From Amoebidium appalachense (taxonomy: Eukaryota > Protista > Ichthyosporea): a DNA stretch of 64,000 bases. Positions 1 through 12,503 of the stretch are shown here, in pieces. Below the pieces are notes generated by a model, which saw only the letters and a list, made by a program, of their open reading frames with translations, had not been told where the DNA came from and ran no database searches. Position 1 is the first letter of the stretch, and every line of letters starts with the position of its first letter. Position numbers and translations under genes: made by a program. The DNA lies in assembly GCA_963693365.1 (NCBI GenBank), contig CAVNZM010000001.1, positions 16,611,840-16,675,839 of the forward strand, written 5' to 3'.

Positions 1-413
1 GGGGTCTTTGCGGTGTAAAATTGTTTGCGCGATAATTCGCTGCATGCCAAAACAGTGGGTGCAAGCCCCCTAAGCCGTAGGAAGGTTGTGGTCGTGCATG
101 CTGGTGGGGGGAATGGTGCACTACACGTATACCATGCACGGGAAAGCAACAGATGCACTGGGGGGGATGGACGGGGGGGCTTTGCGGTGTAAAATTGTTT
201 GCGCGATAATTCGCTGCATGCCAAAACAGTGGGTGCAAGCCCCCCTAAGCCGTAGGAAGGTTGTGGTCGTGCATGCTGGTGGGGGGCATGGTGCACTACA
301 CGTATACCATGCACGGGAAAGCAACAGATGCACTGGGGGGGATGGACGGGGGGGGTCTTTGCGGTGTAAAATTGTTTGCGCGATAATTCGCTGCATGCCA
401 AAACAGTGGGTGC
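1..413. repeat. Tandem satellite A, ~175-bp unit, ~2.3 copies, runs off the window's left edge
   Basis: TTTGCGGTGTAAAATTGTTTGCGCGATAATTCGCTGCATGCC recurs at about 7, 181 and 358; the units are nearly identical. Confidence 0.92.
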
Positions 414-765
414 AACGTTGTGTTTTTTTCGTGTGACCCTCGCACTCCAGGGGCACATTCCCCATCCCCCCCATAAACTGTGTGGTAACTTTCTCGTGCT
501 AGAAGCTGTTCTGTGGGTAGTTATTGAAAAAACCAATAATGTGTAAGCAACGCATGTACATATACTATGCTACAAGGGGGGTTCTATTCGAGCTACAACC
601 GTGTGTTTTTTTCGTGTGACCCTCGTACTCCAGGGGCACATTCCCCATCCCCCCCATAAACTGTGTGGTAAATTTCTCGTGCTAGAAGCTGTTCTGTGGG
701 TAGTTATTGAAAAAACCAATAATGTGTAAGCAACACATGTACATATACTATGCTACAAGGGGGGA
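414..765 (-). repeat. Tandem satellite B (~181-bp unit), ~2 copies, left inverted arm
   Basis: TTTTTTCGTGTGACCCTCG...CTATGCTACAAGGGGGG occurs twice and is the reverse complement of the array at 2231-3900. Confidence 0.92.
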
Positions 766-769
766 CGTG

Positions 770-804
<35 letters not shown>

Positions 805-1020
805 CGTAGTGGGGAAGGAGGGAAGACAGGGGGGTTGGGGGGGGGGGGGGGCGGGGGTTGGGGGGGGGGGGGGGGGCGGCAGACACGTACGTTCTGTAAC
901 GCTCCTTCATCTCGTTGAGTGAGTCCTTTTTTATAATGTATTTCCGTTTATATATTTACACATAATCGCCACATGCATTTACCGGTGCGCCATGATAAAC
1001 ACATGGCCGGCTTATCATTG

Positions 1021-1022
<2 letters not shown>

Positions 1023-1056
<34 letters not shown>

Positions 1057-1146
1057 CACACACAGCATTCGATACCGTCCAATCTTGCTCTTCCCAAGGC
1101 ATCCACATGCTCGCACACAATGCAGAAACATGCACTCACACACACG

Positions 1147-1188
<42 letters not shown>

Positions 1189-1387
1189 ACACACACACAA
1201 ACACACAACACACACACACACACATACAGAGAGACACACACACATATGCACACACACGGTGCATTTCCTCCCCTCCCATTCCCTCTCCACAGAGCACACA
1301 CACACACACACGTGCACACATGCACACACATGGTGCATCCCCCCCCCCCCTTCCCTCTCAACCGAGCACATACACACACACATACAT

Positions 1388-1422
<35 letters not shown>

Positions 1423-2152
1423 CACACATGCACACATGCACGGACACGAATCCCCCCCTTCCCCTTCCCTCTCCACCGAGCACATGCACACATGCACAGA
1501 CATGCACACACACACACACACCACACACGACGCACACAGACATGCACACACACACAAACACACAACACACACACACACACATACACACAGACACACACAC
1601 ACACACACACACACATACATGCACACACACGGTGCATTTCCCCCCTCCCCTTCCCTCTCCACAGAGCACACACACACACACGTGCACACATGCACACACA
1701 CGGTGCATCCCCCCTCTCCCCCCCTGCCCTTTCAACTGAGCACATACACACACACAGACATGCACACACACACAACATACACAGACATCCACACATCAGA
1801 CACAGACACGCATACACACACACACACAGGCACACACACACACATGCACATATGCACACACAGACACACACACATGCACATGCACACTCACATATGCACA
1901 CACACACACACACGCAAACACACACACACACACACACATACAGATATGCACACACACACACTGTCTCTCTCTCTTTTCTCCCTCCCTCCCACCCTCCCTC
2001 CCCCCTCCCCCCTCCCTCCCTCCCTCCCAACCATCCCTCCCTCCCTCCCTCCGTCCCTCCCTCCGTCCCTCCCTCCCCCCTCCCTCCCTCCCTCCCAACC
2101 ATCCCTCCCTCCCTCCCCCCGTCCCTCCCTCCCTCCGTCCCTCCCTCCCTCC

Positions 2153-2197
<45 letters not shown>

Positions 2198-2230
2198 CAC
2201 ACACACACATGCACATGCACATGCACATGC
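1023..2230. repeat. Compound (CA)n / CATG / (CCCT)n low-complexity spacer with internal GGTGCATTTCCCCCCTCCCCTTCCCTCTCCACAGAGCAC repeats
   Basis: Directly visible microsatellite mosaic; the non-microsatellite motif recurs about 5 times between 1257 and 1745. Confidence 0.9.
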
Positions 2231-3900
2231 ACCCCTTGTAGCATAGAACCCCCCTTGTAGCATAGTATATGTACATATGTTACCTAGACATTATTGGGTT
2301 TTCAATAACTACCCACAGAACAGCCTCTAGCACGAGACATTTACCACAAAGTTTATGGGGGGGATGGTAAATGTGCCCCTGGAGTACGAGGGTCACACGA
2401 AAAAAACACAACGTTGTAGCTCGTATAGAACCCCCCTTGTAGCATAGTATATGTCCATGTGTTACCTCAGTAGACATTTTTGGTTTTTTCAATAACTACC
2501 AACAGAACAGCCTCTAGCACGAGAAATTTACCACAAAGTTTATGGGGGGGATGGGGAATGTGCCCCTGGAGTACGAGGGTCACACAAAAAAAAACACAAC
2601 GTTGTAGCTCGTATAGAACCCCCCTTAAAGCATAGAATATGTACATATGTTACCTAGACATTATTGGTTTTTCAATAACTACCCACAGAATAGCCTCTAG
2701 CACGAGAACTTTACCACACAGTTTGTGGGGGGGATGGTGAATGTGCCCCTGGAGTACGAGGGTCACACGAAAAAAACACAATGTTGTAGCTCGTATAGAA
2801 CCCCCCTTGTAGCATAGTATATGTCCATGTGTTACCTAGACATTTTTGGTTTTTTCAATAACTACCCACAGAACAGCTTCTAGCACGAGAAATTTACCAC
2901 ACAGTTTATGGGGGGGATGGGGAATGTGCCCCCCTGGAGTACGAGGGTCACACGAAAAAAACACAACGTTGTAGCTCGAATAGAACCCCCCTTGTAGCAT
3001 AGTATATGTACATGTGTTGCTTACACATTATTGGTTTTTTCAATAACTACCCACAGAACAGCTTCTAGCACGAGAACTTTACCACACAGTTTATGGGGGG
3101 GATGGGGAATGTGCCCCTGGAGTACGAGGGTCACACGAAAAAAACACAACGTTGTAGCTCGAATAGAACCCCCCTTGTAGCATAGTATATGTACATGCGT
3201 TGCTTACACATTATTGGTTTTTTCAATAACTACCCACAGAACAGCTTCTAGCACGAGAAAGTTACCACACAGTTTATGGGGGGGATGGGGAATGTGCCCC
3301 TGGAGTGCGAGGGTCACACGAAAAAAACACAACGTTGTAGCTCGAATAGAACCCCCCTTGTAGCATAGTATATGTACATGTGTTGCTTACACATTAAGTT
3401 GGTTTTTTCAATATCTACCCACAGAACAGCTTCTAGCACGAAACATTTACCACAAAGTTTATGGGGGGGATGGGGAATGTGCCCCTGGAGTACGAGGGTC
3501 ACACAAAAAAAAACACAACGTTGTAGCTCGTATAGAACCCCCCTTGTAGCATAGAATATGTAGATATGTTACCTAGACATTATTGGTTTTTCAATAACTA
3601 CCCACAGAATAGCCTCTAGCACGAGAAAGTTACCACACAGTTTATGGGGGGGATGGGGAATGTGCCCCTGGAGTGCGAGGGTCACACGAAAAAAACACAA
3701 CGTTGTAGCTCGTATAGAACCCCCCTTGTGGCATAGTATATGTACATATGTTACTTGCACATTATTGGTTTTTTTCAATAACTACCCACAGAACAGCTTC
3801 TGGAACGAGAAATTTACCACAAAATTTATGGGGGGGATGGTGAGTGTGCCTCTGGAGTACGAGGGTCACCCGAAAAAAACACAACATTGTAGCCCGGATT
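2231..3900 (+). repeat. Tandem satellite B (~181-bp unit), ~9 copies, degenerating to about 4050
   Basis: CCCCTTGTAGCATAGTATATGTACAT...GGAGTACGAGGGTCACACGAAAAAAACACAACGTTGTAGCTCG repeats with a ~181-bp period. Confidence 0.95.
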
Positions 3901-5218
3901 GAAACCTCCTTTGTACCATGTACATCATATATCATGCAGCATGTGTTACTTTCGCGTTATTGGTTTCCTAGCACGAGATATTCAGCACACAGTTGGGGTT
4001 GTGGGGGCAGTGTACACCTACAATATCAGGGGTACCGCGTGGCAAAAACACCCCCCCAGGGGGGGGGGGGGGGGGGGGGGGGGGGTCACGCGTGCGATGG
4101 TGCACTAGTTATTACGTCAACTAGGCAGGGTATAGCATCAACGTTATTATATGTGCTGCTGAGTTTCTTTGGTTGTACACCCGTCACCAGTCAATTTATT
4201 GGTGTTGGCGCCCACCTATGACACCACCTCGGAAGACTGGGGTCACGTGGAGGACACGTAACTATAGTCTGATAGTTGTGACTAAGGGCACCGCTAAGGG
4301 CACCAAGCTGATGCACGCGCGCGCGCGAGCCGAAATCTATTTTTATCTTTTCCCTAATCAGGCGCGGCGGTTACTAAACCGAACTATAGCAAATAGCAAA
4401 TAGTGATTGGCTAAACCCAATCCGGTTTGCAATTTTTTGTCCGTTTAAGCCTGTACGCACGTTGTTTGCTCCATTTCTTTTCCCCCTTCCCGCAGGTCCG
4501 CAGTTCCGCAGGTCCCTTCCCGCAGGTCGCCTGGTCGCAGTTCCCTTCCCGCAGGTCGCCTGGTCACAGGTCCCCTGCGCAGCCACCGTGCTGCATGGTT
4601 TCGACCATGCTGCATGCTGAACACGGCCATCTGGTGTTTCTAGATGGCCGTGATGCTGAAGCATCTTCGCCTAACGGCTGAAAGGCCGTTTGAAGGTTAG
4701 TTTTGTGTTGCCTGCTTTTGTGCATATGGCGTTTGTCTGTCTGGTCTGTGTCCGTGCCTGTGATTATATCTGTGTCTGTGTCTGTGTCTGTGTGCGTGTG
4801 TGTTTATGTGTGTGTGTGTGTGCGTGCGTGTGCGTGTGTTCTGCTGGCTGCAGATGCACGTTGCCTTTTCACGTTCATGAACCAGCGACTGTGGGCACTA
4901 CTTTTCCTGTTAGCACTATAGCTATCATCCCCTCCACCAGTCGTTCAAGCTATTTTCTGCTTCTCTAGACTTCATAAGTTTGTGCTTTTGTCTTTCAGCA
5001 CAACGTACGCGTGTTTCACATGTTAGCATTTAGTGTTATTCATTCATTCTAACCCCCCCCCCCCCCCCCCAAACACACACACTCAATCACTCACTCACTT
5101 CCCCACCCACACATACAAAAAAACACACACACCAAAAGCCCCTCCCATCCCCCCCCCCCTCCCCCCTCCCCCCCCCCTTCCAAAAAACTGTCAAATGCCT
5201 CCATGCCCACCAACACAG

Positions 5219-5506
5219 ATGTTCCAGGTTGCCCCTGTCAATGCCGCCGACCCCGACAAGTTGGCAGACCAGGTTAGGTGCCGCAAGAAGACGTGGGAGG
5301 GGTGGTTGGTGGAGGTTCAAGTTGAGTGCAACAACCATCCCTGTGGCCACATGTACAGCGTCGATCCGGTGAGGGGCAACCCATGGGGCAACTCCGCCCT
5401 TCACCGCATCATGTGCATGTGACAGTCCCCCATCAACGGCTCCTACATCAAGAACCGCCTCAGCAGCTTCAAGACACTAAACGTTTGTGCCCATCCCCCC
5501 CCCCCC

Positions 5507-5537
<31 letters not shown>

Positions 5538-6660
5538 CACACCCCAATCAAAGACGAAGTCTTCTCATGCTGCTTTTTTCAACATGCTTATTCATGTTTA
5601 ATGTTGTTGTTCTTCCTTATTGGTTCATTCTTAATGCACTGTGACCCCCCCCCCCCCCCACACACACACACACACTCACTCCCACTCCCTCCCTCCCACC
5701 TCCCCCTGTTGTCCCACGTACGAATCACCAACACATAACCACACAAGACATCAAATCCTTGACACTCAGAGAAACGGTACATGCATGGTTATCCAGTATC
5801 CATTCAGCTTCCCACTTCCTCAAGTCATTTCAGATTTTTCATTGTCGAATTCGGTTTTATTTGCTGCTAATGGAGAATACCCCCTTTCCTCATCACCACA
5901 TACACACATGCTTACGTGTACGTACACGCAACACACACACCAACACCCACACAGGAGTTTCAAAAGGCGTTGCCCGAGCTCTTCAGCTTCATGCTCCACA
6001 CATTTGAGTGCGGACTGCGGGATCCAATGGCCCACAAGTCTGCCACTCAGATTTCGTGGTCAGCTGTGAAGTATGGAGCTGACATGCCTGACTACGAGGG
6101 TGGTGCTCGGCCATCAGAGATCAGCAAGGTAAACAACTACCCCCCCCCCCCCCCCCCCCCCCCTTGCGTCCTCCCTGAGGATGGGCTCTGCTTATGACGC
6201 ATACTGTGCACATGGCTGATGTTGCGTGCTTGAATGTTTGCCTTTGCATGTGTCCTGCACCATGCTTCTCATCGTGTATGCGTATTTCGTACCGTATTCT
6301 GCATTCCAACCCCCCCCCCCCCCCCCCCCCCATCATTGTGTTTTAGCTCCCGTCCGAAAGACAACGTATGGATATCGAAATGATGATATTGGTAAGTCGT
6401 ATGTATGGGTTACGTATCATCGTAGTGTTTTAGGATATCTCCTAAGCATGGGCAAGTATCATCCTATCATGTCATCTTTAGGTTTGGTATGGTAACATTG
6501 TGATAGCATTTTTCCCAGGTACATACATGCTCAGGCTAGCCAGAAAAGTTAAAAACACTCACACAATCTCCTTCTGTCCCAACCCCGTATGCAAAGACAT
6601 GGGAAAAGATCTGCAAGGTCCGGGAGAAGGCAGTCCTCAGCCTGTCAGCAGAAAGGCGAT
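5219..6660 (+). pseudogene. Spliced coding relic, possibly a CxC/KDZ (Kyakuja-Dileera-Zisupton)-type transposase
   Basis: Exon-like blocks: ...VQVECNNHPCGHMYSVDP (5219-5420) and EFQKALPELFSFMLHTFECGLRDPM...QISWSAVKYGADMPDYEG (5955-6128, ending at AAG|gtaaac). These resemble the CxC and F-x-C-x-x-C...DG segments of KDZ proteins, but key residues are altered and stops are present. Matched by eye only. Confidence 0.3.
6164..6309 (+). mobile_element. 146-bp poly(C)-flanked interspersed element, subfamily 2
   Basis: Near-identical reverse-complement copy at 52853-52998 with the same ends. Lies between two poly(C) tracts. Shares CCTGAGGATGGGCTCTGCTTAT and the 3' terminus with subfamily 1. Confidence 0.85.
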
Positions 6661-8701
6661 GTGGGTGGGAGGGTTGAGGATGATTAAAATGATGAGGAAT
6701 AGGGAAAGACCCCCCCCCCCCCCCCGGGAGGAAAAAAAAAAGAATTAATACTTAGTTTATGTCTCTTTTGGTGTAGTCCCGGCCTCTGCAGGGGGGAGAT
6801 AGGGGGGAGATGTAGACTTCGTATTTTATTTGTGTGATGATGTTTGTTTTGTTTTGTTTGTTGGTTTGTTGGTTTGTTTAGTTTGTTCGGTGAAAGCTGG
6901 ACTCCTGTGGAGTCTAACAGAGTGAAATTGTCTCTACTCCTGTGGAGTGAGACTTCGAAATTTTTAAACATGAACAACTTGTGCGGTCTCTGCTCCAGTG
7001 GAGCGAGACATAAAGGAACAACAGTCTTAATGGTATCTCGTGTACAAATTGTGAAAAAGTTAGAAAGGTAAGAAGGAAGGGGGGGGGGGGGGGGGGGGGG
7101 ACGTCGACAGAGTGAGTCGGTACATATTAGTGTTCAATGAATGCTGGGCATGTACATTCAAAAGTTACTCATGTCGTAATAGTAGGATATTCTCGAATGT
7201 ATTGTGTGAATAAATGTGGGCGCCCACGAACAATTTATGAATACCAATAAACACACAATGTGAACATCTCTATATTGTTCTTAATCTCTATATTGTTCTT
7301 ACAATGCCCCATGAACATACACGAATGTCAAATTCGTGTATATAAATGTATTACGAGTATGGTCGAAAAATACTGCCTGAATATGTTGTTAGTGTCCAAA
7401 AACGTATTCATTTGCACTAAACATGCTGTTCTACGAACGCCTTTATGGCATCCGTTTGTGTTCAAATAAGGTATTTTATGGTACCCTTAGGCATTCGTGA
7501 GATGCTATTTGAGTACATATGTGTGCACCGAATAACGTTCGCAGTTACTATTCATGAACACATATGTCGTACTCAGATCGTGTTTGTGGAGTATTTTCGA
7601 AACATTCACATAGTGTATTCGTGGACGTTCCAGTGTCACTGAACGGGTATTTATAAAGCACTCCACATGTACCCCATATACACAAATATGTATTCCAACT
7701 GAATGTCTGGTCATGTACGCGTATGTACGTGTATACTCAGAACACGGTGTCCAAGTGGTATGAATACGGTATCTATAGTGCATTCATACGTTATCTAGTG
7801 TGCATTCACAAGGTACTTGGGCATGTATTCATGTAGTATTCGGCTAGGTACACACATATACCATGTGGTGTCAGGTGGCATTCGAATAGGTATCCATATA
7901 CGATTCACTGAATGTACGAATTTTTGAACATTTTTGGACATTCAAGTGTTCAAAATGTGTACGAGGATACAATTTAGCGGGGGGGTGGGGTTTGCTGATG
8001 TACGTCTATATAATGCCGGCTAAAACCAACTAAATCCTCCTCCAATTCAAGCAACACATCATCACTCACACCCAATCCCTGCCCACGAAGACTCACACCC
8101 TCGATACCTACGTGCAACATACCTACCTGTGGTGCCTGCACGGGTGGGGTGGGGTGTGTATGTGGTGTGGGTGGTGGTGGAGTGTGTTGTGATGTGTGGG
8201 TGGGTGGTGTGTGTGTGTTTGGTGTATGTGTGGGTGTGTGTGTGGGTGTAGGTGTGTCTGCAACCGTCGTATGTTGTTGTGGTGGTGTGTTTCTACGTGT
8301 CTGTGCCTTCCCCCCCCTTCCCCCTTTACTCGTGTGTGTCCCCCCCCTCCCGGAAACAATGGCACAGGAACCCCCTCCGGTGTGGTTAGAATAAACACCG
8401 GGCTGTGACAAGAAACACTGAGACCATCCACTTGTGGCTGGGGAACCTCCCCCAACCACAAAACATTCACACCATTCATACCTTTGGTAGAGTCACCCCA
8501 CAAACATTCATGCCATACCACCTCGACGCTGTCTTGAGGACCCACGACGATGCCCGGCTCCCACACGTATCGGGGCGGTGAGGGGGCAAAGGGAAGCTTA
8601 ACCTGGGGTGGGGGAGGGTGAAGGTTCTCTGCAACCTGGGGGGGACCGATACTGTCCCCCCCCCCTCCCTCAGTGACCCCAGCTTCCCCCTCCCCCGGAA
8701 C

Positions 8702-10042
8702 TCAATAGCTCTTGTAACTACGGCAATATGCAGCAGAGTGCCCTTGCCGGCCACAAAAGTAACATGCACCAAAGAAGCGGCCAGGGGGGACTTCAAAACC
8801 TTGGCGCAAAGCATAACCGGGAGCCCGGTCATGCTGGGGGGGCCCACCGTGTGCACCACGGCCCCCCCTTCCCCCCCTGCCCCCCTCGGCCTCTCTCACC
8901 ACTATTTCCACCCCCTCCCTCTACCCTGCCCACCACCACGAGCAAGATAAGGGGCAAACCTCTCGGTGAACTGCTGCTGTTGTCCTCCACGTCCACCTCG
9001 GCCACGACCGCCGTGTCCACCCCGGTCGCCGCCCCGGCCACCCCGGAAGCCGAAGCCCCCTCGGCCCGAAAAGACGGCCTGGGAGAGCTCGGCAACCTGC
9101 TTGACCAACATGGTGAGTGCATCTGGCTGTTCACCCTCTTTTTTCTCTTTTTCCCCCTTCTGTCCACTCTCCTTCTTTTTCTTGTCTACTTCCATCACCT
9201 CCTTTTTATCCCTCTTATTGAACTTCACCTCGTGCATGGCAAGCAAGTGACGTTTAACATGCAACACCACCTCATCTACATCATCATGCTCCCCAAACAT
9301 GCGTGCAGTGTCTGTGTTTACAGAGAGAGCCTTACGAGCAAACTCGAATTTTTCCCTATCACTCACGTCACCAGCTAACTCACAAAGGTCTTCAAAGACC
9401 CGATATTCCCTCTCAAAGAATGCACGAGCTTCTACGGGGGACATATCTAAAGTGGGAAAGGTATACTTCCATTCTCTGAGCTGGGCCCGGAAGGTACAGC
9501 GCCGGTCGGCCGTCAGGTATCGGCCGACGAGCCGGGCCGTATACTCGAGCTCGTTTTCCAGCCGTGTGAAGGCCTCGAGCTCCCCGTCCACGTCGTCGGT
9601 GCTGTTCTCGTCCTCGTCGTCGGGGATGAACCGTGCGGCCAGACGTTTCTGGCCGAGCGTCCGGGACACCATCTCGTCCCTCCCCTCGTCGTACTGCTGC
9701 TCGTATATGCGAGCCGTCACCTGGGGGGCCTGCTCGGCCCGGTACGGGTGCTCCTCCATCAGGGTGCATAAGTCGGCCATTGTTTTGTGGTCGATGCACT
9801 GTTTGATCATTAAGCACGACTGAGGCCGCCACAGTGGGGGCCTTCTTTGTGTCTAACACTAGTGTGGGTGTGTTAGCTAGGAGTGTCCTAAGCCACCTAG
9901 GTATTTCCGAGTCGTGTTTGAGTGTAAAACTGAAAGCAGTGGTCTGTCTAACGTCTAGTGTATGAACCTGTGGTACCTGTGTGTGCAGGGAGCTATCCTC
10001 CGCTGCCAATGCGTAGAACATGTCTACGTTAAACTTAGCCAT
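8702..10042 (-). mobile_element. Retrotransposon gag-like ORF (frameshifted) with RGG-rich tail and CCHC zinc knuckle
   Basis: ORFs 9413-10042, 8902-9810, 8829-9167 and 8702-8911 join into one intronless protein ending in CYFCGRQGHSAAYC (CX2CX4HX4C). Two of the frame changes fall in G-homopolymers. Confidence 0.75.
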
Positions 10043-10080
10043 TGTGTGGTGCGTGCCCGAACTCGTGTGGTTGTGTTTAT

Positions 10081-10113
<33 letters not shown>

Positions 10114-10151
10114 CCTGTGTGTTTGAGGTGTAGCAACAGCCCAGAAGGAAC

Positions 10152-10927
10152 TGTCACCGCGTTACCCTAGCGCGAAAACCGCACTAAAAGAAAGGTGTAG
10201 CTTGTCGTATCCTATTATGTATGTACTAGAGACGCGGCACTCTATTAAGTGTACACACACGAAAAGGAACGAACGTGTACAGAAAAACGGTAAAGTTTCA
10301 AGTTATTCAGACCAGGCTCCGACGGGCAAACTTAGATCCGTACGGAATCACACTAAGTTACCACTGAGGCCATCAAGGCCGTGCCCTACAAGATCATCAT
10401 CACCTGGCCCCCTACGATGCCACATTCCGTACATTCCGATCTAACTTTATCGTGCGCCTGCACGAGCTAAGTCGATCGGCTCACACTAATATATTTATCT
10501 AAGTCTCACCCCTCTCCCCTCCCCTAGTGGCACCGCAGAGTCTAATTCTACATTTCATACTATCTCCCTCCCCCCTCCCTCCCCCCTTTCCTCTGTCATC
10601 GAAATATATAAATACGTTTGGCAGCATACACTATCAAAACTTGCCAATATTTACAAAGGGCTTCTGCCCGAACAATCACATTCCTAAGTCCTCCTACGAT
10701 CTATCCTACACACTAATTAGAATTCTATTGGTCGGCTGTCCCAGCTGACGTGGTCCTGCCCTGCGCCGGCAGAGGCAAGATGATGCACGCAGCTGCACAG
10801 CTATCTTGAGGCCCCGGACTTGATCTTGATGATCTGTGGACCCGGGCCAACCCCCCCCCCCCCCCCCCCCCCCGATCTCGATCGTAGACTTAGGCTAATC
10901 TGCTGAGACGGATTAGTATATGTCACA
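10152..10927 (-). mobile_element. Putative 5' LTR of the gag-bearing element
   Basis: On the minus strand it starts TGTGACA and ends GGTGACA (TG...CA) about 110 nt upstream of the gag ATG, and contains TATA-like AT runs. No second LTR copy is in the window. Confidence 0.45.
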
Positions 10928-11108
10928 CAACGTAACACAGAACGAAGCAAGGCAAGCCGCGAATACAGCGTTCAAAACAACGTTAACGTTCACACTGTCC
11001 TGCGTGTGAAACAATAAACGCAACACATGCAGACAAAACACGTGTGTCATTGCCAGGGGCGCATGCATGCACACACGTGTGTGTGTTTGTGTTCGTGTGT
11101 GTGCGTGT

Positions 11109-11168
<60 letters not shown>

Positions 11169-11620
11169 GTGTAGGTGTGTAGGTTTGTGGTGGTGTGTTG
11201 TCCGTATTTTGTGTGTGTGATAGTGTGTTAAGAGTGGCGGTATACCGATGAACCTACGTACACACGTGCACTCAATCATCTTTGCCAAACCTTGTGCACA
11301 ACACAACACAGAACGAAGCAAGGCAAGCACAGCAGAAGTCAATCAAAGAAAACGATCAAACTTACCACCCTCTGTCCCGCAAGTAAAACAACAAAGGGAA
11401 CACATGCAGACAGGAAACATCCTTCTTCAAACAGGCGCGCGAACACACACACGTGTGTGTAGTGTGCGTGCGTGTGCCCGTGTGCTTGTGTATGTGTGTG
11501 CGTGTGTGTGTGCGTGCCCGTGTGTGTGTATGTGTGTGTGACTGTGTGTGTGCATGTGTGTGTGTGTAGGTGTGTCGTCCGGATCTTGTGTTTGTGTGCG
11601 GAAGTGCAACGGTATACGTG
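10925..11620. repeat. Diverged ~375-bp tandem duplication containing (TG)n
   Basis: ACACAGAACGAAGCAAGGCAAGC...AACACATGCAGACA occurs at about 10934 and 11305. Confidence 0.7.
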
Positions 11621-12364
11621 TGTTGTGCGTGCGTTGTGTGTTTGCGAGGGTGGGTGGGTGAGCAGGAAGGTGTGTTTGCGAGGGTGGGTGGGTGAGCAGG
11701 AAGGTGTGGGGTGTACACATGTGATGGATAATATGCAAGGCCGTAGGTGCCAGTGTGACAAGCAAGAGTATGGCCGGCGTGTGTGTGTATGCCTGCAGGT
11801 CTGATTTTGTGTGTACTTCATCAAATCGAAGCCATGGGAAAAAAGCAAAAGCCTGGGAAAACAGTTAATCTTCACAACATGATCCAAAACGGTGGAATTC
11901 GAGGGAGGAAAGGGAGAGAGGGAGGTGGAGGAGAGGGGGGGAGGGGGGGGGGGAAGGGGGGGAGGGGGAAGACATGGAATGGAGGGAGGAGAAAAAAAAA
12001 GCACACGGGAACAAGGTAGTTAACTTTGCAATGCATGAAGGGCAAAGAGTTGGGAGAAAGAAGAGGAGAATATAGAATTGAGATGCCAGGAAATGGGACG
12101 GACGGTGAAAAGAAAAGGGCCGGGGGGGGGGGGGGGGGGGGGGGGGGGACCTCAGGTCGGGGGAACCTCGATCGGGGGGACCCCAGGGCAGCTGTGCAAG
12201 CTGGCATGTTGATCGTGATGTCGACAGCATTCTTGCTGTGCCTGCAAAGTGTATGGGTGAGTGTTTTTGTGTCGCTTGTCCGTGTGTTTGTGTGTGTGTG
12301 TGTGTGTACGGTGTGTGTGTGTGTGTGTGTGTGTGCGTGTGCGTGTGTGCGTGAGTGTGTGCCA

Positions 12365-12426
<62 letters not shown>

Positions 12427-12471
12427 TCGTGTGTGCTGTGTGGAAGGGATTGTGGGGGAGTGAGAATGGGT

Positions 12472-12503
<32 letters not shown>

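Noticed and set aside
948-2276. Long ORFs of 390-440 aa (poly-CV / poly-HT), and many similar ones such as 59660-61126 and 17234-17947
   Set aside because: They are translations of (CA)n, (GA)n and poly(C/G) tracts that lack stop codons by composition; not genes.
11795-11895. Exon-like block between ctgcag and gt
   Set aside because: No compatible neighbouring exons and no recognisable protein motif.
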